A stretch of DNA of 64,000 nucleotides from an uncultured Bacteroidales bacterium. GTDB taxonomy: Bacteria; Bacteroidota; Bacteroidia; Bacteroidales; UBA10428. The stretch is from positions 72 to 64,071 of the forward strand of contig CAYWUI010000002.1 in NCBI GenBank assembly GCA_964461435.1, written 5' to 3'. Under the pieces are notes generated by a model. That model had not been told where the DNA came from. It worked only from the letters and a program-made list of their open reading frames with translations, and ran no database searches. A program made the position numbers and the translations under genes. This document shows positions 9,113 through 17,850 of this stretch, one piece after another. The stretch's first letter is position 1; each line of letters starts with the position of its first letter.

Positions 9113-9895
9113 TTATCTTTTATTCATAAGTTCAGGATATAAATAGTCTTTTACCCACAAATAATCGGGCTCAATGTCCAGGATTTTTTTATATATAATC
9201 CTTGCTTCATTTACCTTGTTATCCTCACTATACCACCGTGCCAGGTTTGTCAGAACAAGAAGATATATCCAGTTGCTTTTAAGTTCATTTTTGTTTGATT
9301 CAAACATGCTAACAGCCCTCTCGTGATAGTTTATAGCTTTCTTTAATCCTCCCCCCAGAATTTTAGGGGTGTAATATTTCATATTACCTATCTCCATTAA
9401 TACTCTGGCATTTTCCTTATCAAGCTCCGCTGCCCTTTTAATACTTTTAATGCTTTTTACACCATACTCCAGTGCCCTCAAAGGATTTAATCCGATCTCA
9501 AAACCGTATATCGCACCTTTCAGTGAATATACTTCAGCCCACAATGAATCGTAATTTAGCAATATATCGATATTCTGCCTGGCCTTGCCAATATAATACC
9601 TCGCCCCGGGTTCATCACCTGTAACCACGCAATAGGCTATATATCCGTAAAATGTATAAGTTAAATCATAAAGGCTTTGAATATTCCTGTTCCTTAAATA
9701 ATCTTCTTCCATCTTATTCATATTATATTCCCATAAATCCATTTTTCCGCTTATAAATGCATTATATATGTGTTGATTATAAGATGTTTGTCCGTTTACA
9801 TGCAATAAAGTCATTATCAGCAGCAAAAAAATCAATAAAAATGCGCTGATTGAATAATTACTAAAATCTGATTGACCTGCCTTTCCAGTTTCCAT
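9113..9895 (-). CDS. Secreted TPR-like helical protein, TatT-like (tentative); last gene of the carotenoid operon
   Basis: It has a hydrophobic N-terminal anchor/signal and is helical-repeat rich. The motif GNMKYYTPKILGGGLKKAINYHERAV is shared with the ORF at 18915-19559. It overlaps the upstream GT2 gene by 35 nt. Confidence 0.45.
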   Translation of the reverse strand: METGKAGQSDFSNYSISAFLLIFLLLIMTLLHVNGQTSYNQHIYNAFISGKMDLWEYNMNKMEEDYLRNRNIQSLYDLTYTFYGYIAYCVVTGDEPGARYYIGKARQNIDILLNYDSLWAEVYSLKGAIYGFEIGLNPLRALEYGVKSIKSIKRAAELDKENARVLMEIGNMKYYTPKILGGGLKKAINYHERAVSMFESNKNELKSNWIYLLVLTNLARWYSEDNKVNEARIIYKKILDIEPDYLWVKDYLYPELMNKR

Positions 9896-10955
9896 ATTTT
9901 ACGGATTTATTATAAAGGGCTTTAACAACAACAACAACAAAAGCAATTTGTTGAGGAATAATTAACAATATGCTGGATAATATATCCTGCCTGCTCAGTA
10001 TTGAAACGATAATCCTCAGTATGACAGAGAGGATAATAAAAGCTAGGGCAGAAAAATAATCCAGTGTAAAGAAAATGACAAATATGCCGAATGAAGTTAT
10101 CAAGGCAAACAGTATTGTCAAAAGGCTGCTGTTACCAAAAAATGCAGTAACATTCTTTGAAAATCCTTCAATACCCCCGGCAAAATTTTTATACATACGG
10201 CATTTTATCCTGCCATCGCCCAGAAGTGTTTTGGCCCTGTAGCCCGCTCTTTTAATTAATTTTACAATTTCAATATCCTCAACCTTGCGGGATCTGACTT
10301 TCTCATGCCACATATTACTCCTGTAAATATCAGCATTAAACAGCATGAATTGTCCGTTTGCTGCCGACAGCGAGGTACGGCATGAGTATTCTACCAGTAT
10401 CAGGGGTAACATGGAAACCAGGATCCAGTTCATCAGGGGGACAGTCAGCTTCTCTCCAATAGTGACCATAACCTGCCGGGGAAATATTGAAAGCAGGGCG
10501 ATCCTCTCATTTTTAAAATACCCTAAGCAGCTCCCTATTAATCTGTTTTCAATGGTCACATCTGCATCCAGAAATAAAAAATATGAACCTTCAGCTTCCA
10601 GGGACAGCCGGTGGCATGCATAATTTTTCCCCAGCCACCCTTCAGGAAGCTCCTTTCCATGTATATACCTGATCTTCTCATTTTTCGATGCATAGCGCCT
10701 CACAATTTCAAGAGTGCTATCCTCCGACATATCGTCATATATTATAACTTCATAGTTCTGATAATCCTGATTAAGAATATTGTCAAGCAGCTCCCCTATA
10801 TTTTCTTCTTCATTTCTTGCCGGAATTAATATTGAAATAAACTGTTCACCTGAACTCTCCCTGAATGATAACCACCGTCCTGTTATAAGATTAGTAAAGG
10901 CAATTAATAGTCTCAGGATCAAAAAGCCGAAGATTATATATGAAATGACAATCAT
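9861..10955 (-). CDS. Family 2 glycosyltransferase, membrane-bound (CruC-like carotenoid glycosyltransferase candidate)
   Basis: ISILIPARNEEENI...YEVIIYDDMSEDST and FLDAD motifs, with C-terminal TM helices. Context is the carotenoid operon. Confidence 0.7.
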   Translation of the reverse strand: MIVISYIIFGFLILRLLIAFTNLITGRWLSFRESSGEQFISILIPARNEEENIGELLDNILNQDYQNYEVIIYDDMSEDSTLEIVRRYASKNEKIRYIHGKELPEGWLGKNYACHRLSLEAEGSYFLFLDADVTIENRLIGSCLGYFKNERIALLSIFPRQVMVTIGEKLTVPLMNWILVSMLPLILVEYSCRTSLSAANGQFMLFNADIYRSNMWHEKVRSRKVEDIEIVKLIKRAGYRAKTLLGDGRIKCRMYKNFAGGIEGFSKNVTAFFGNSSLLTILFALITSFGIFVIFFTLDYFSALAFIILSVILRIIVSILSRQDILSSILLIIPQQIAFVVVVVKALYNKSVKYGNWKGRSIRF

Positions 10956-10958
10956 TCT

Positions 10959-11567
10959 TTATTCTTTCTGGCTTTGAATACAATCCGTCAGAAATTTATT
11001 ATATGCTTTCTCTATCTCACTATGACTGAAATCCCCTGAGTATTCAATCATATTAAGGTTAAGAACAGGACGCTTATTTGAAAAATAATCGGTCAGCGCA
11101 GCAAGAAAAATAAGCTGAAATTCCTTCTTTGCTCCCTCAAGGATATTCAACAGCCCTTTTTCAAATTTTACAGGGTAATGGTATGAGGACTGAATTTCTC
11201 CCTGCGGGTAAAATAACAGGAGATTACCATTGTCATTAAGCAGGGAGATGCAGTAATCAATCGATTCCAGTACTGATTTTTTCTTCTTTGTAACCGAAAA
11301 AGCCCCTGCCTTACTCAGGATCCTGTGCTTTTTCAGCTGCTCCTCAAGCATCATCACATGCAGTTTTTTATGAAAAATCCTGTAATTAATATATACAACA
11401 AAAAAACCGTCCCACCAGCTGAAATGATTTGCAATGATTACTGCAGGAACATTCCTGGGGCTGAGGTCCGATATAATATTAATATTATGAAAATGCCTTT
11501 TAAGCATTATCCTTGTGTAAGTGTTGAATAACCATACATAAAATGGTATATGCCTTGACTTTATCAT
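10959..11567 (-). CDS. Lysophospholipid-acyltransferase-family protein (CruD-like carotenoid glycoside acyltransferase candidate)
   Basis: HX4D motif in ANHFSWWDG. 202 aa. It lies 3 nt upstream of the GT2 gene. Confidence 0.65.
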   Translation of the reverse strand: MIKSRHIPFYVWLFNTYTRIMLKRHFHNINIISDLSPRNVPAVIIANHFSWWDGFFVVYINYRIFHKKLHVMMLEEQLKKHRILSKAGAFSVTKKKKSVLESIDYCISLLNDNGNLLLFYPQGEIQSSYHYPVKFEKGLLNILEGAKKEFQLIFLAALTDYFSNKRPVLNLNMIEYSGDFSHSEIEKAYNKFLTDCIQSQKE

Positions 11568-11587
11568 TCTTTATTTTATATCCCAAA

Positions 11588-12232
11588 TTATAAAAACAGG
11601 TTTAGTCCTGCAAAAAATACAAACTGTACCAGGAGCAGATGTACTGAAATCAAATTTTTTCTATCCATCTTCCACAGATACATGACACTTAAAAACGCAC
11701 ATGCCAGAATAAACCAGGCTGCATAATTCCGTAGCGGCACTTCACCGTTCAGCCAGGTCCACATATATAACCTTCCGGCCACAGGCTCAAGTAAAACATC
11801 AAAAACCACCATTATTACACCTCCCATTAATATCCTTATTATCACAGGGAATTTGAATTTATTAATTAATATAAAAGTACAATATATCAGTATAAACCAG
11901 TTAACTCCAATAATCAAAGGAGTGCCGAACAACATGGGCCCCAGCACACTATTATCATATTTATAACTGCCAAAGATCACACCTGTTTTTACTCCAATCA
12001 TCTCTGCTATTGTGCCCAGCAAAAATATTATTAAGCTGCATATTATAAATCCGGCTCCCCTGCTGTTGCTAAAATATAAAACAAAAAACAAATTAAGAAG
12101 TATGGAAAAGGGGATAATGTATATAAAATACCTGGCAGTCAGATTTATGCTCAATCCGGTTAAGCCAACGGCATAATAGATAATAATAAATTTCTTTGCC
12201 TGGTATACAGGCAGCTTTAAAAAATCATTCAT
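11588..12232 (-). CDS. cruF: Carotenoid biosynthesis membrane protein, DUF422/CruF-like (carotenoid 1,2-hydratase candidate)
   Basis: 214-aa polytopic membrane protein. Its size and hydrophobic pattern fit the CruF family. It has a 4-nt ATGA overlap with the preceding desaturase gene. Confidence 0.55.
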   Translation of the reverse strand: MNDFLKLPVYQAKKFIIIYYAVGLTGLSINLTARYFIYIIPFSILLNLFFVLYFSNSRGAGFIICSLIIFLLGTIAEMIGVKTGVIFGSYKYDNSVLGPMLFGTPLIIGVNWFILIYCTFILINKFKFPVIIRILMGGVIMVVFDVLLEPVAGRLYMWTWLNGEVPLRNYAAWFILACAFLSVMYLWKMDRKNLISVHLLLVQFVFFAGLNLFL

Positions 12233-13707
12233 GAATTACGCTTATGAGATTTAATTATTCTATCGGTTACTATCTTCGCTGAGGCAAGGCAAAGCGGTAT
12301 ACCTCCCCCTGGATGAACACTTCCCCCTGTAAAAAATAATCCTTTAAATCTACCTATAAAATTCGGATGACGAAAAAATGCAGCCAGTTTATTATTTGAG
12401 CTGGTCCCGTATAATGCTCCTTTATATGAGCCGCTGGTTATCTCAATAATCCGTGGATCGGCATAATCTTCGCATTCTATATATGACTCGATATCCGTAT
12501 TCAGTGTTCTGTTTATTTTTAATATTATGTTTCTGCGTGCTTCCCTTACAAATTTATCCCAGTCCTGTCCTTCATTAAAGGGACTGTTGATCATTACAAA
12601 CCAGTTTTCGCATCCCCCGGGAGCATCAGCAGGAACATACCTGGAACTTATATAGATATATACCGTAGGATCATCATATATCAGTTTCCTTTCAGAAATA
12701 TAATCAAATTCAGCTTTATAATCCCGGGAGAATAGGATATTATGCATTTCAAGTTCCGGGTATCGATTTTTAATGCCCCAGAAAAAAATAATTGCCGATG
12801 ACGATAATTCCTGCCCCAAAAGGTATCTGGGCACCCTTTTTTCTCTTAATAACCTGTTATAAACTGAAAAAATATCCGCATCACTTATCACAATACTGCT
12901 CCTGAAGATTTCCCCATTTACCTTTACACCCTTAATGATGTTTTTGTCTGCAATTATTCTATCTACCTTCTTTTTAAATATAAATTCCACCCCTTTATTC
13001 AGGGCCGATTTATACAAGATATCTACAAGGCTGAACATGCCCTTTTCAGGTATATAAGCACCGCCAGTATGTTCCAGGTGAGCTATGATATTCAATGTGG
13101 CCGGGGCTTTGTAAGGATTCGAACCGCTGTATGTTGCATAACGGTTAAACAATTGTTCTACTCTTAAATCTGAAAACCACTGCCTGTTTTTTTCGTGCAT
13201 GCTTCTGAATGTATCCAGGGCACGAAAGTGCAGAGCCACCTTCATAGCAGACCATGAGAAGGCATTTTTAAATGTTTTAAAAGGACTGAAAATGAAAGTC
13301 TCCTTTGTTAAATCATATAAATACTTGCTTTTTTTCAGAAAGTTTAAAACATTTTCTTTCTTTTCACCCGTCTTCTTTTCAATTTCCGCAGCAAAATCAT
13401 CAGCATTTTTATACGCATTTATCACCGACCCGTCACTGAAAAAATATTTACAGATAATGTCAAGCTGCTTGACCATCAGCCTTCGACCTGCCGTGGCTGT
13501 TCCCAACAAATCATCTATTAATTCAGGCATAGTCAGCAGTGAAGCGCCCGTATCAAACCTGTACCCCTTCATATACTTTTCGGATATCTTTCCTCCCGGA
13601 CCATCATTCCCGTCAAATACGGTCACATTATAACCCGATGCAGCAAGGCTCAGGGCACACGCTATTCCCGACAGTCCCGAGCCAATTATTATAACATCCC
13701 TGTCCAT
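12229..13707 (-). CDS. crtD: Phytoene-desaturase-family FAD oxidoreductase, CrtD-like (hydroxycarotenoid 3,4-desaturase candidate)
   Basis: N-terminal dinucleotide fold VIIIGSGLSGIACALSLA, then GGK...GYRFDTGASLLTMP. 492 aa. It is the second desaturase paralog in the locus. Confidence 0.6.
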   Translation of the reverse strand: MDRDVIIIGSGLSGIACALSLAASGYNVTVFDGNDGPGGKISEKYMKGYRFDTGASLLTMPELIDDLLGTATAGRRLMVKQLDIICKYFFSDGSVINAYKNADDFAAEIEKKTGEKKENVLNFLKKSKYLYDLTKETFIFSPFKTFKNAFSWSAMKVALHFRALDTFRSMHEKNRQWFSDLRVEQLFNRYATYSGSNPYKAPATLNIIAHLEHTGGAYIPEKGMFSLVDILYKSALNKGVEFIFKKKVDRIIADKNIIKGVKVNGEIFRSSIVISDADIFSVYNRLLREKRVPRYLLGQELSSSAIIFFWGIKNRYPELEMHNILFSRDYKAEFDYISERKLIYDDPTVYIYISSRYVPADAPGGCENWFVMINSPFNEGQDWDKFVREARRNIILKINRTLNTDIESYIECEDYADPRIIEITSGSYKGALYGTSSNNKLAAFFRHPNFIGRFKGLFFTGGSVHPGGGIPLCLASAKIVTDRIIKSHKRNS

Positions 13708-13846
13708 AACATAATAAACCTAAATTCTAAATTAACTGAAAATACATCAAATTTTTGGATTTGCTCTATTTAATAAACAAGGTTTAAATTTATTTTAAAA
13801 ATTTTATAATGTAAATTTATGTCCTGTTAAAATGTCTGAATAAAAA

Positions 13847-15331
13847 ATGAGTAAAAATGTTTTAATAGTAGGGACCGGACTGGGAGGACTGGCAACTGCA
13901 CTGAGATTAGTGAAAAGAGGGTATAAAGTGCAGATGGTTGAAAAGCATAAGCAGGCGGGAGGCCGCCTGAATGAGCTTAAAGTCGATGGCTTCAGGTTTG
14001 ACCTGGGACCCACTTTTTTCAGCATGAGCTATGAATTTGATGAACTAATGGATGACTGTAACATAAAACTTCCATTTACCCTTAAAGAACTGGAACCTCT
14101 TTATGCTGTTAATTTTGGCGGCAGCGAAAGAACATATCACATATATAAAGATCCGGACAAATTAACAGGGCAGTTCAGTGAAATTGAACCGGGATTCAGA
14201 AAAAGCCTGGATAAATTCCTTACTTCTGCCGGAAAATTTTATAGTATTACCAATCCGCTTATCATAAAATCAAATTTCAATTCGGTAGCGGAATTCCTGA
14301 TTACATTAACCAAAGTGCCGGTTAAATATATTCCCAGGATTTATTACAATATGTGGCAGGAGGTATGTAAATACTTCTCATCTTACGAAGTGAGGACAAT
14401 AATGTCGCTTGTTGCTTTCTTTCTTGGCAGCACACCATTTGATACCATGGCTGTTTACAATGTTTTGAACTATACTGAGCTGGTACATGACGGTTATTAC
14501 AGTGTCGAAGGAGGAATGTACAAGATAGTCGAGAGTCTGGTAAAAATACTGGAAAAGGAAGGAGTTAAAATATACTGTAATACTGAGATTGTTGATTATA
14601 AAACAAATAAAAGTAAATTAACAGGATTCGTTGACCTCGATGGAAATGTATGGGAAGCCGATATTTATGTTATTAATGCCGATGCAGCCCTATTCAGAAA
14701 CAAGATATTTAAAAGAAAAAAATACATTGATAAACGAATAGCAAAGATGAAGTGGTCTATGGCTCCATTTACCATATACCTGGGACTGAAAGCTAAGATC
14801 CCTAATCTATATTACCATAACTACTTCTTAGGGACTAACTTTAAAGATTATTCAGGCAGGATTTTTAAAAATGCTGCAAGCCTTGACAGACCTTATTATT
14901 ATGTTAACCTTGCATCACATATGAATAAGGGATCAGCTCCTGAAGGCTGTGAAAGCCTGTTTATACTGTGCCCCGTTCCCGATCTCAGGTTCAGGCAGCA
15001 CTGGGATGACAAGGAAGAGATTGCAGACAACATTATCTCCGATCTCTCCGGGCGCATAAATTTTGATATTAAGTCAAAAACCATTGCCAGGGCAATACTG
15101 ACACCACTCAACTGGCAGCATATGTTCAACCTGTATAAAGGCTGCGGACTCGGACTGGCACATAATTTCAGGCAAATAGGAGGATTCCGGCCAAAGAATT
15201 ATGACGAGGTATACGATAATACCTTTTATGTCGGCTCATCAACTTTACCGGGTACCGGCCTGCCCATGGCAATAATCAGTTCAAAACTGGTTTTGGAACG
15301 CATAATTAATAAATATGGACATTTATCTTAA
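13847..15331 (+). CDS. crtI: Phytoene desaturase
   Basis: VLIVGTGLGGLATALRL...GGRLNELKVDGFRFDLGPTFF. 494 aa. It is followed by an overlapping crtB. Confidence 0.85.
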   Translation: MSKNVLIVGTGLGGLATALRLVKRGYKVQMVEKHKQAGGRLNELKVDGFRFDLGPTFFSMSYEFDELMDDCNIKLPFTLKELEPLYAVNFGGSERTYHIYKDPDKLTGQFSEIEPGFRKSLDKFLTSAGKFYSITNPLIIKSNFNSVAEFLITLTKVPVKYIPRIYYNMWQEVCKYFSSYEVRTIMSLVAFFLGSTPFDTMAVYNVLNYTELVHDGYYSVEGGMYKIVESLVKILEKEGVKIYCNTEIVDYKTNKSKLTGFVDLDGNVWEADIYVINADAALFRNKIFKRKKYIDKRIAKMKWSMAPFTIYLGLKAKIPNLYYHNYFLGTNFKDYSGRIFKNAASLDRPYYYVNLASHMNKGSAPEGCESLFILCPVPDLRFRQHWDDKEEIADNIISDLSGRINFDIKSKTIARAILTPLNWQHMFNLYKGCGLGLAHNFRQIGGFRPKNYDEVYDNTFYVGSSTLPGTGLPMAIISSKLVLERIINKYGHLS

Positions 15332-16148
15332 AAATGCACTTAAATGCAGTAAAATTACTGCTATCAGTTACAGCACTTCGTTTTCTTCAGGTATAAGAGT
15401 GCTGAATAAAAAATACAGGGATCAAATATATGCAATATACGGATTTGTAAGGTTTGCCGATGAGATCGTTGACAGCTTCTATGATTTTAACAGGCATGAA
15501 CTATTTGAAAAATTCAGGAAGGATGCATATGAGGCTTTGAATAAAAAAATAAGCAGCAATCCTATATTGCATAGTTTTCAATATGTAGTTAACGAATATG
15601 GTATAGAAAAAGAACTTGTCGATGCTTTTCTCAATAGCATGGAGATGGACCTGCATAAACATAATTATAATAAATCACAGTTTAAAAAATATGTCAACGG
15701 CTCAGCGGAGGTGGTCGGATTAATGTGCCTTAAGATATTTTACAGGAACGATAAGGATGAATATGAAAAACTGAAATACTACGCCCAAAAACTTGGAGAA
15801 GCTTTTCAGAAAGTAAATTTTTTGCGCGATATTAAAGCTGATTTCAAAGATAGAGGCAGGGTATATTTCCCTGGTGCAGACTTTGAAAATTTCTCTTCAC
15901 AGGATAAACTAAGTATTGAGAATGAAATACGCGATGACCTTATAAAGTCAAAACCAGGGATTAAGAATATTAAAAAGGAAGTGAGGCTGGGAATTTACCT
16001 GATATATTGCTATTACATTGCCCTTTTCAGAAAAATCAAAAAAACAAAAGCCGAAAGCCTCATTGAAAAACGTGTAAGGATAACCAACTTAAAAAAAACA
16101 ATATTACTGATCATATGTTATATTAAACATAAATTAAATCTTATCTGA
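15315..16148 (+). CDS. crtB: Phytoene synthase
   Basis: Squalene/phytoene synthase motifs (YGFVRFADEIVD, GSAEVVG, LGEAFQKVNFLRDI). It overlaps crtI by 17 nt. Confidence 0.85.
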   Translation: MDIYLKNALKCSKITAISYSTSFSSGIRVLNKKYRDQIYAIYGFVRFADEIVDSFYDFNRHELFEKFRKDAYEALNKKISSNPILHSFQYVVNEYGIEKELVDAFLNSMEMDLHKHNYNKSQFKKYVNGSAEVVGLMCLKIFYRNDKDEYEKLKYYAQKLGEAFQKVNFLRDIKADFKDRGRVYFPGADFENFSSQDKLSIENEIRDDLIKSKPGIKNIKKEVRLGIYLIYCYYIALFRKIKKTKAESLIEKRVRITNLKKTILLIICYIKHKLNLI

Positions 16149-16198
16149 AGACCATTCTATGAATAAATTAGACCTTATCTGAAGATCATTTTATGAAT
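16131..16198 (+). repeat. 34-bp tandem duplication spanning the crtB stop / ispH start junction
   Basis: Unit A is 16131-16164 (AAATTAAATCTTATCTGAAGACCATTCTATGAAT). Unit B is 16165-16198 (AAATTAGACCTTATCTGAAGATCATTTTATGAAT). The duplication creates a 7-codon mini-ORF, MNKLDLI*, at 16159-16182. Confidence 0.85.
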
Positions 16199-17047
16199 AA
16201 GCTGAATCTTAAAATTTCTATAGATAAAAATTCAGGTTATTGTTTCGGAGTGACAGGAGCGATAACTAAAGCCGAAGATACCCTTAAGGAGAGACATGAA
16301 TTGTTTTGCCTGGGTGAGCTTGTGCATAATGAGGAAGAATTAGCCAGACTTGAAAAAGGCGGGTTGAAAATTATACAGTATAATCAGCTGAAGAATATCA
16401 GGAATACCCGGATCTTATTCAGGGCTCATGGCGAGCCGCCGCAAAGCTATGACCTCGCCCGCCGGAACAATAATAAAATCATTGATGCTACATGTCCGAC
16501 TATCATCAAAATACAAAGGCTCATAAAGGAAGCCTGTAAAAATAATGAGAACATATACATTTACGGGAAACATAACCATCCTGAAATTATAGGACTAAAC
16601 GGGCAGATTGATAATAAGGCAACAGTTTTCGAAGATATTGACGAACTTAATAGAATGGATAAATTACCACAGCATTTAACTCTCTTCAGCCAGACTACAA
16701 AGGATATGAATTGTTTTTATGAAATTGTTGAATTGCTGAAAAGCAAAGGAGTAAAGGTAAAAGTGCAGAATACTATATGCAGAAAGGTTTATAACAGGCA
16801 AAAAGAAATAAAAGCTTTTGCCGGGAGTCACGATAAAATAATTCTTATTGCAGGGAAGAATTCATCAAACGGGAAAGTATTGTATAATGAATGCAAAAAA
16901 TATAACGCGGACAGCTATTTCATAAGTTCCGTTAAGGAAATAAAAAAAACATGGTTCCGCAAAAATGAAAGTGTCGGCATATGCGGCGCAACATCAACAC
17001 CTATGTGGTTAATGAAGGATGTGGAAAAACGTCTGAGCTCATTTTAG
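16193..17047 (+). CDS. ispH: 4-hydroxy-3-methylbut-2-enyl diphosphate reductase
   Basis: SGYCFGV, FRAHGEPP, DATCP and LFSQTT motifs. 284 aa. Confidence 0.9.
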   Translation: MNKLNLKISIDKNSGYCFGVTGAITKAEDTLKERHELFCLGELVHNEEELARLEKGGLKIIQYNQLKNIRNTRILFRAHGEPPQSYDLARRNNNKIIDATCPTIIKIQRLIKEACKNNENIYIYGKHNHPEIIGLNGQIDNKATVFEDIDELNRMDKLPQHLTLFSQTTKDMNCFYEIVELLKSKGVKVKVQNTICRKVYNRQKEIKAFAGSHDKIILIAGKNSSNGKVLYNECKKYNADSYFISSVKEIKKTWFRKNESVGICGATSTPMWLMKDVEKRLSSF

Positions 17048-17051
17048 TTTT

Positions 17052-17071
17052 ACCTGGTCTCGGCCCCAGGT
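17052..17071 (+). terminator. Weak hairpin after ispH
   Basis: ACCTGG-tctcggcc-CCAGGT followed by CTATTTTA, lying between convergent genes. Confidence 0.25.
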
Positions 17072-17082
17072 CTATTTTAACA

Positions 17083-17850
17083 TCACCTGTCAAGCCATAT
17101 TTTAAAATCCCTGACCTTCTCCCTGCTAACTATTGCTTCCTCCTCAGGGGGATTATTAAGCACAATTCTCAGCCGGCTGTTCGAATAGGCTATAATATCC
17201 TTAACTGCATCTATACAAATTATGTACTTCCTGCTTATGCGGAAAAACAAGCGGGGATCTACAAGCTGCTCAACACGGTCAAGATAGTAATCAATGGCGT
17301 AGCTCTTTCCTTCCTTTGTACATATAAACGTGCTCTTTTCACATATAAAAAAATAATCGATGTTATCCACAGGTATTGACCTGATATGTAATCCCACTTT
17401 AACCACAAACCTGTTCTTATAAGGATGGACAAACTGGGTTATTAACTTATCATACAGTTCAATATCAGGCTTATATTCATTAATAACCCTGGGCCCGAAA
17501 TTCGATTTGTATTTATCAATGGCCGCAGAGAGCTCTTCGTAATCTATAGGTTTCAATAAATAGTCAACACTGTTTACTTTAAATGCTTTTATGGTATATT
17601 CATCAAAAGCAGTGGTAAAGATCACCGGAGAACGGACTTCTGTCTGCTCAAAAATCTCAAAACTCAGTCCGTCTGCCAGCTGAATATCCATAAAAACAAG
17701 GTCCGGATGATCACTGTTCCTGAACCATTCAACGCTTTTCTCAACAGAATCAAGAATTTCAATTACCTTAATGTTAACATCATATTTATGTATGAGTTCA
17801 ATCAGCTTTTGAGCAGCCAGCTTCTCATCCTCAATTACTATTGTGTTCAT
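17083..17850 (-). CDS. LytTR-family response regulator
   Basis: Receiver domain (DLVFMDIQLADG) plus a C-terminal LytTR DNA-binding domain. It overlaps the kinase gene by 20 nt. Confidence 0.9.
   Translation of the reverse strand: MNTIVIEDEKLAAQKLIELIHKYDVNIKVIEILDSVEKSVEWFRNSDHPDLVFMDIQLADGLSFEIFEQTEVRSPVIFTTAFDEYTIKAFKVNSVDYLLKPIDYEELSAAIDKYKSNFGPRVINEYKPDIELYDKLITQFVHPYKNRFVVKVGLHIRSIPVDNIDYFFICEKSTFICTKEGKSYAIDYYLDRVEQLVDPRLFFRISRKYIICIDAVKDIIAYSNSRLRIVLNNPPEEEAIVSREKVRDFKIWLDR

Noticed and set aside
16981-17379. 132-aa plus-strand ORF spanning the ispH end and the LytTR gene
   Set aside because: It overlaps the ispH 3' end out of frame and is antisense to a confidently identified response regulator. 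It has no recognisable domain.
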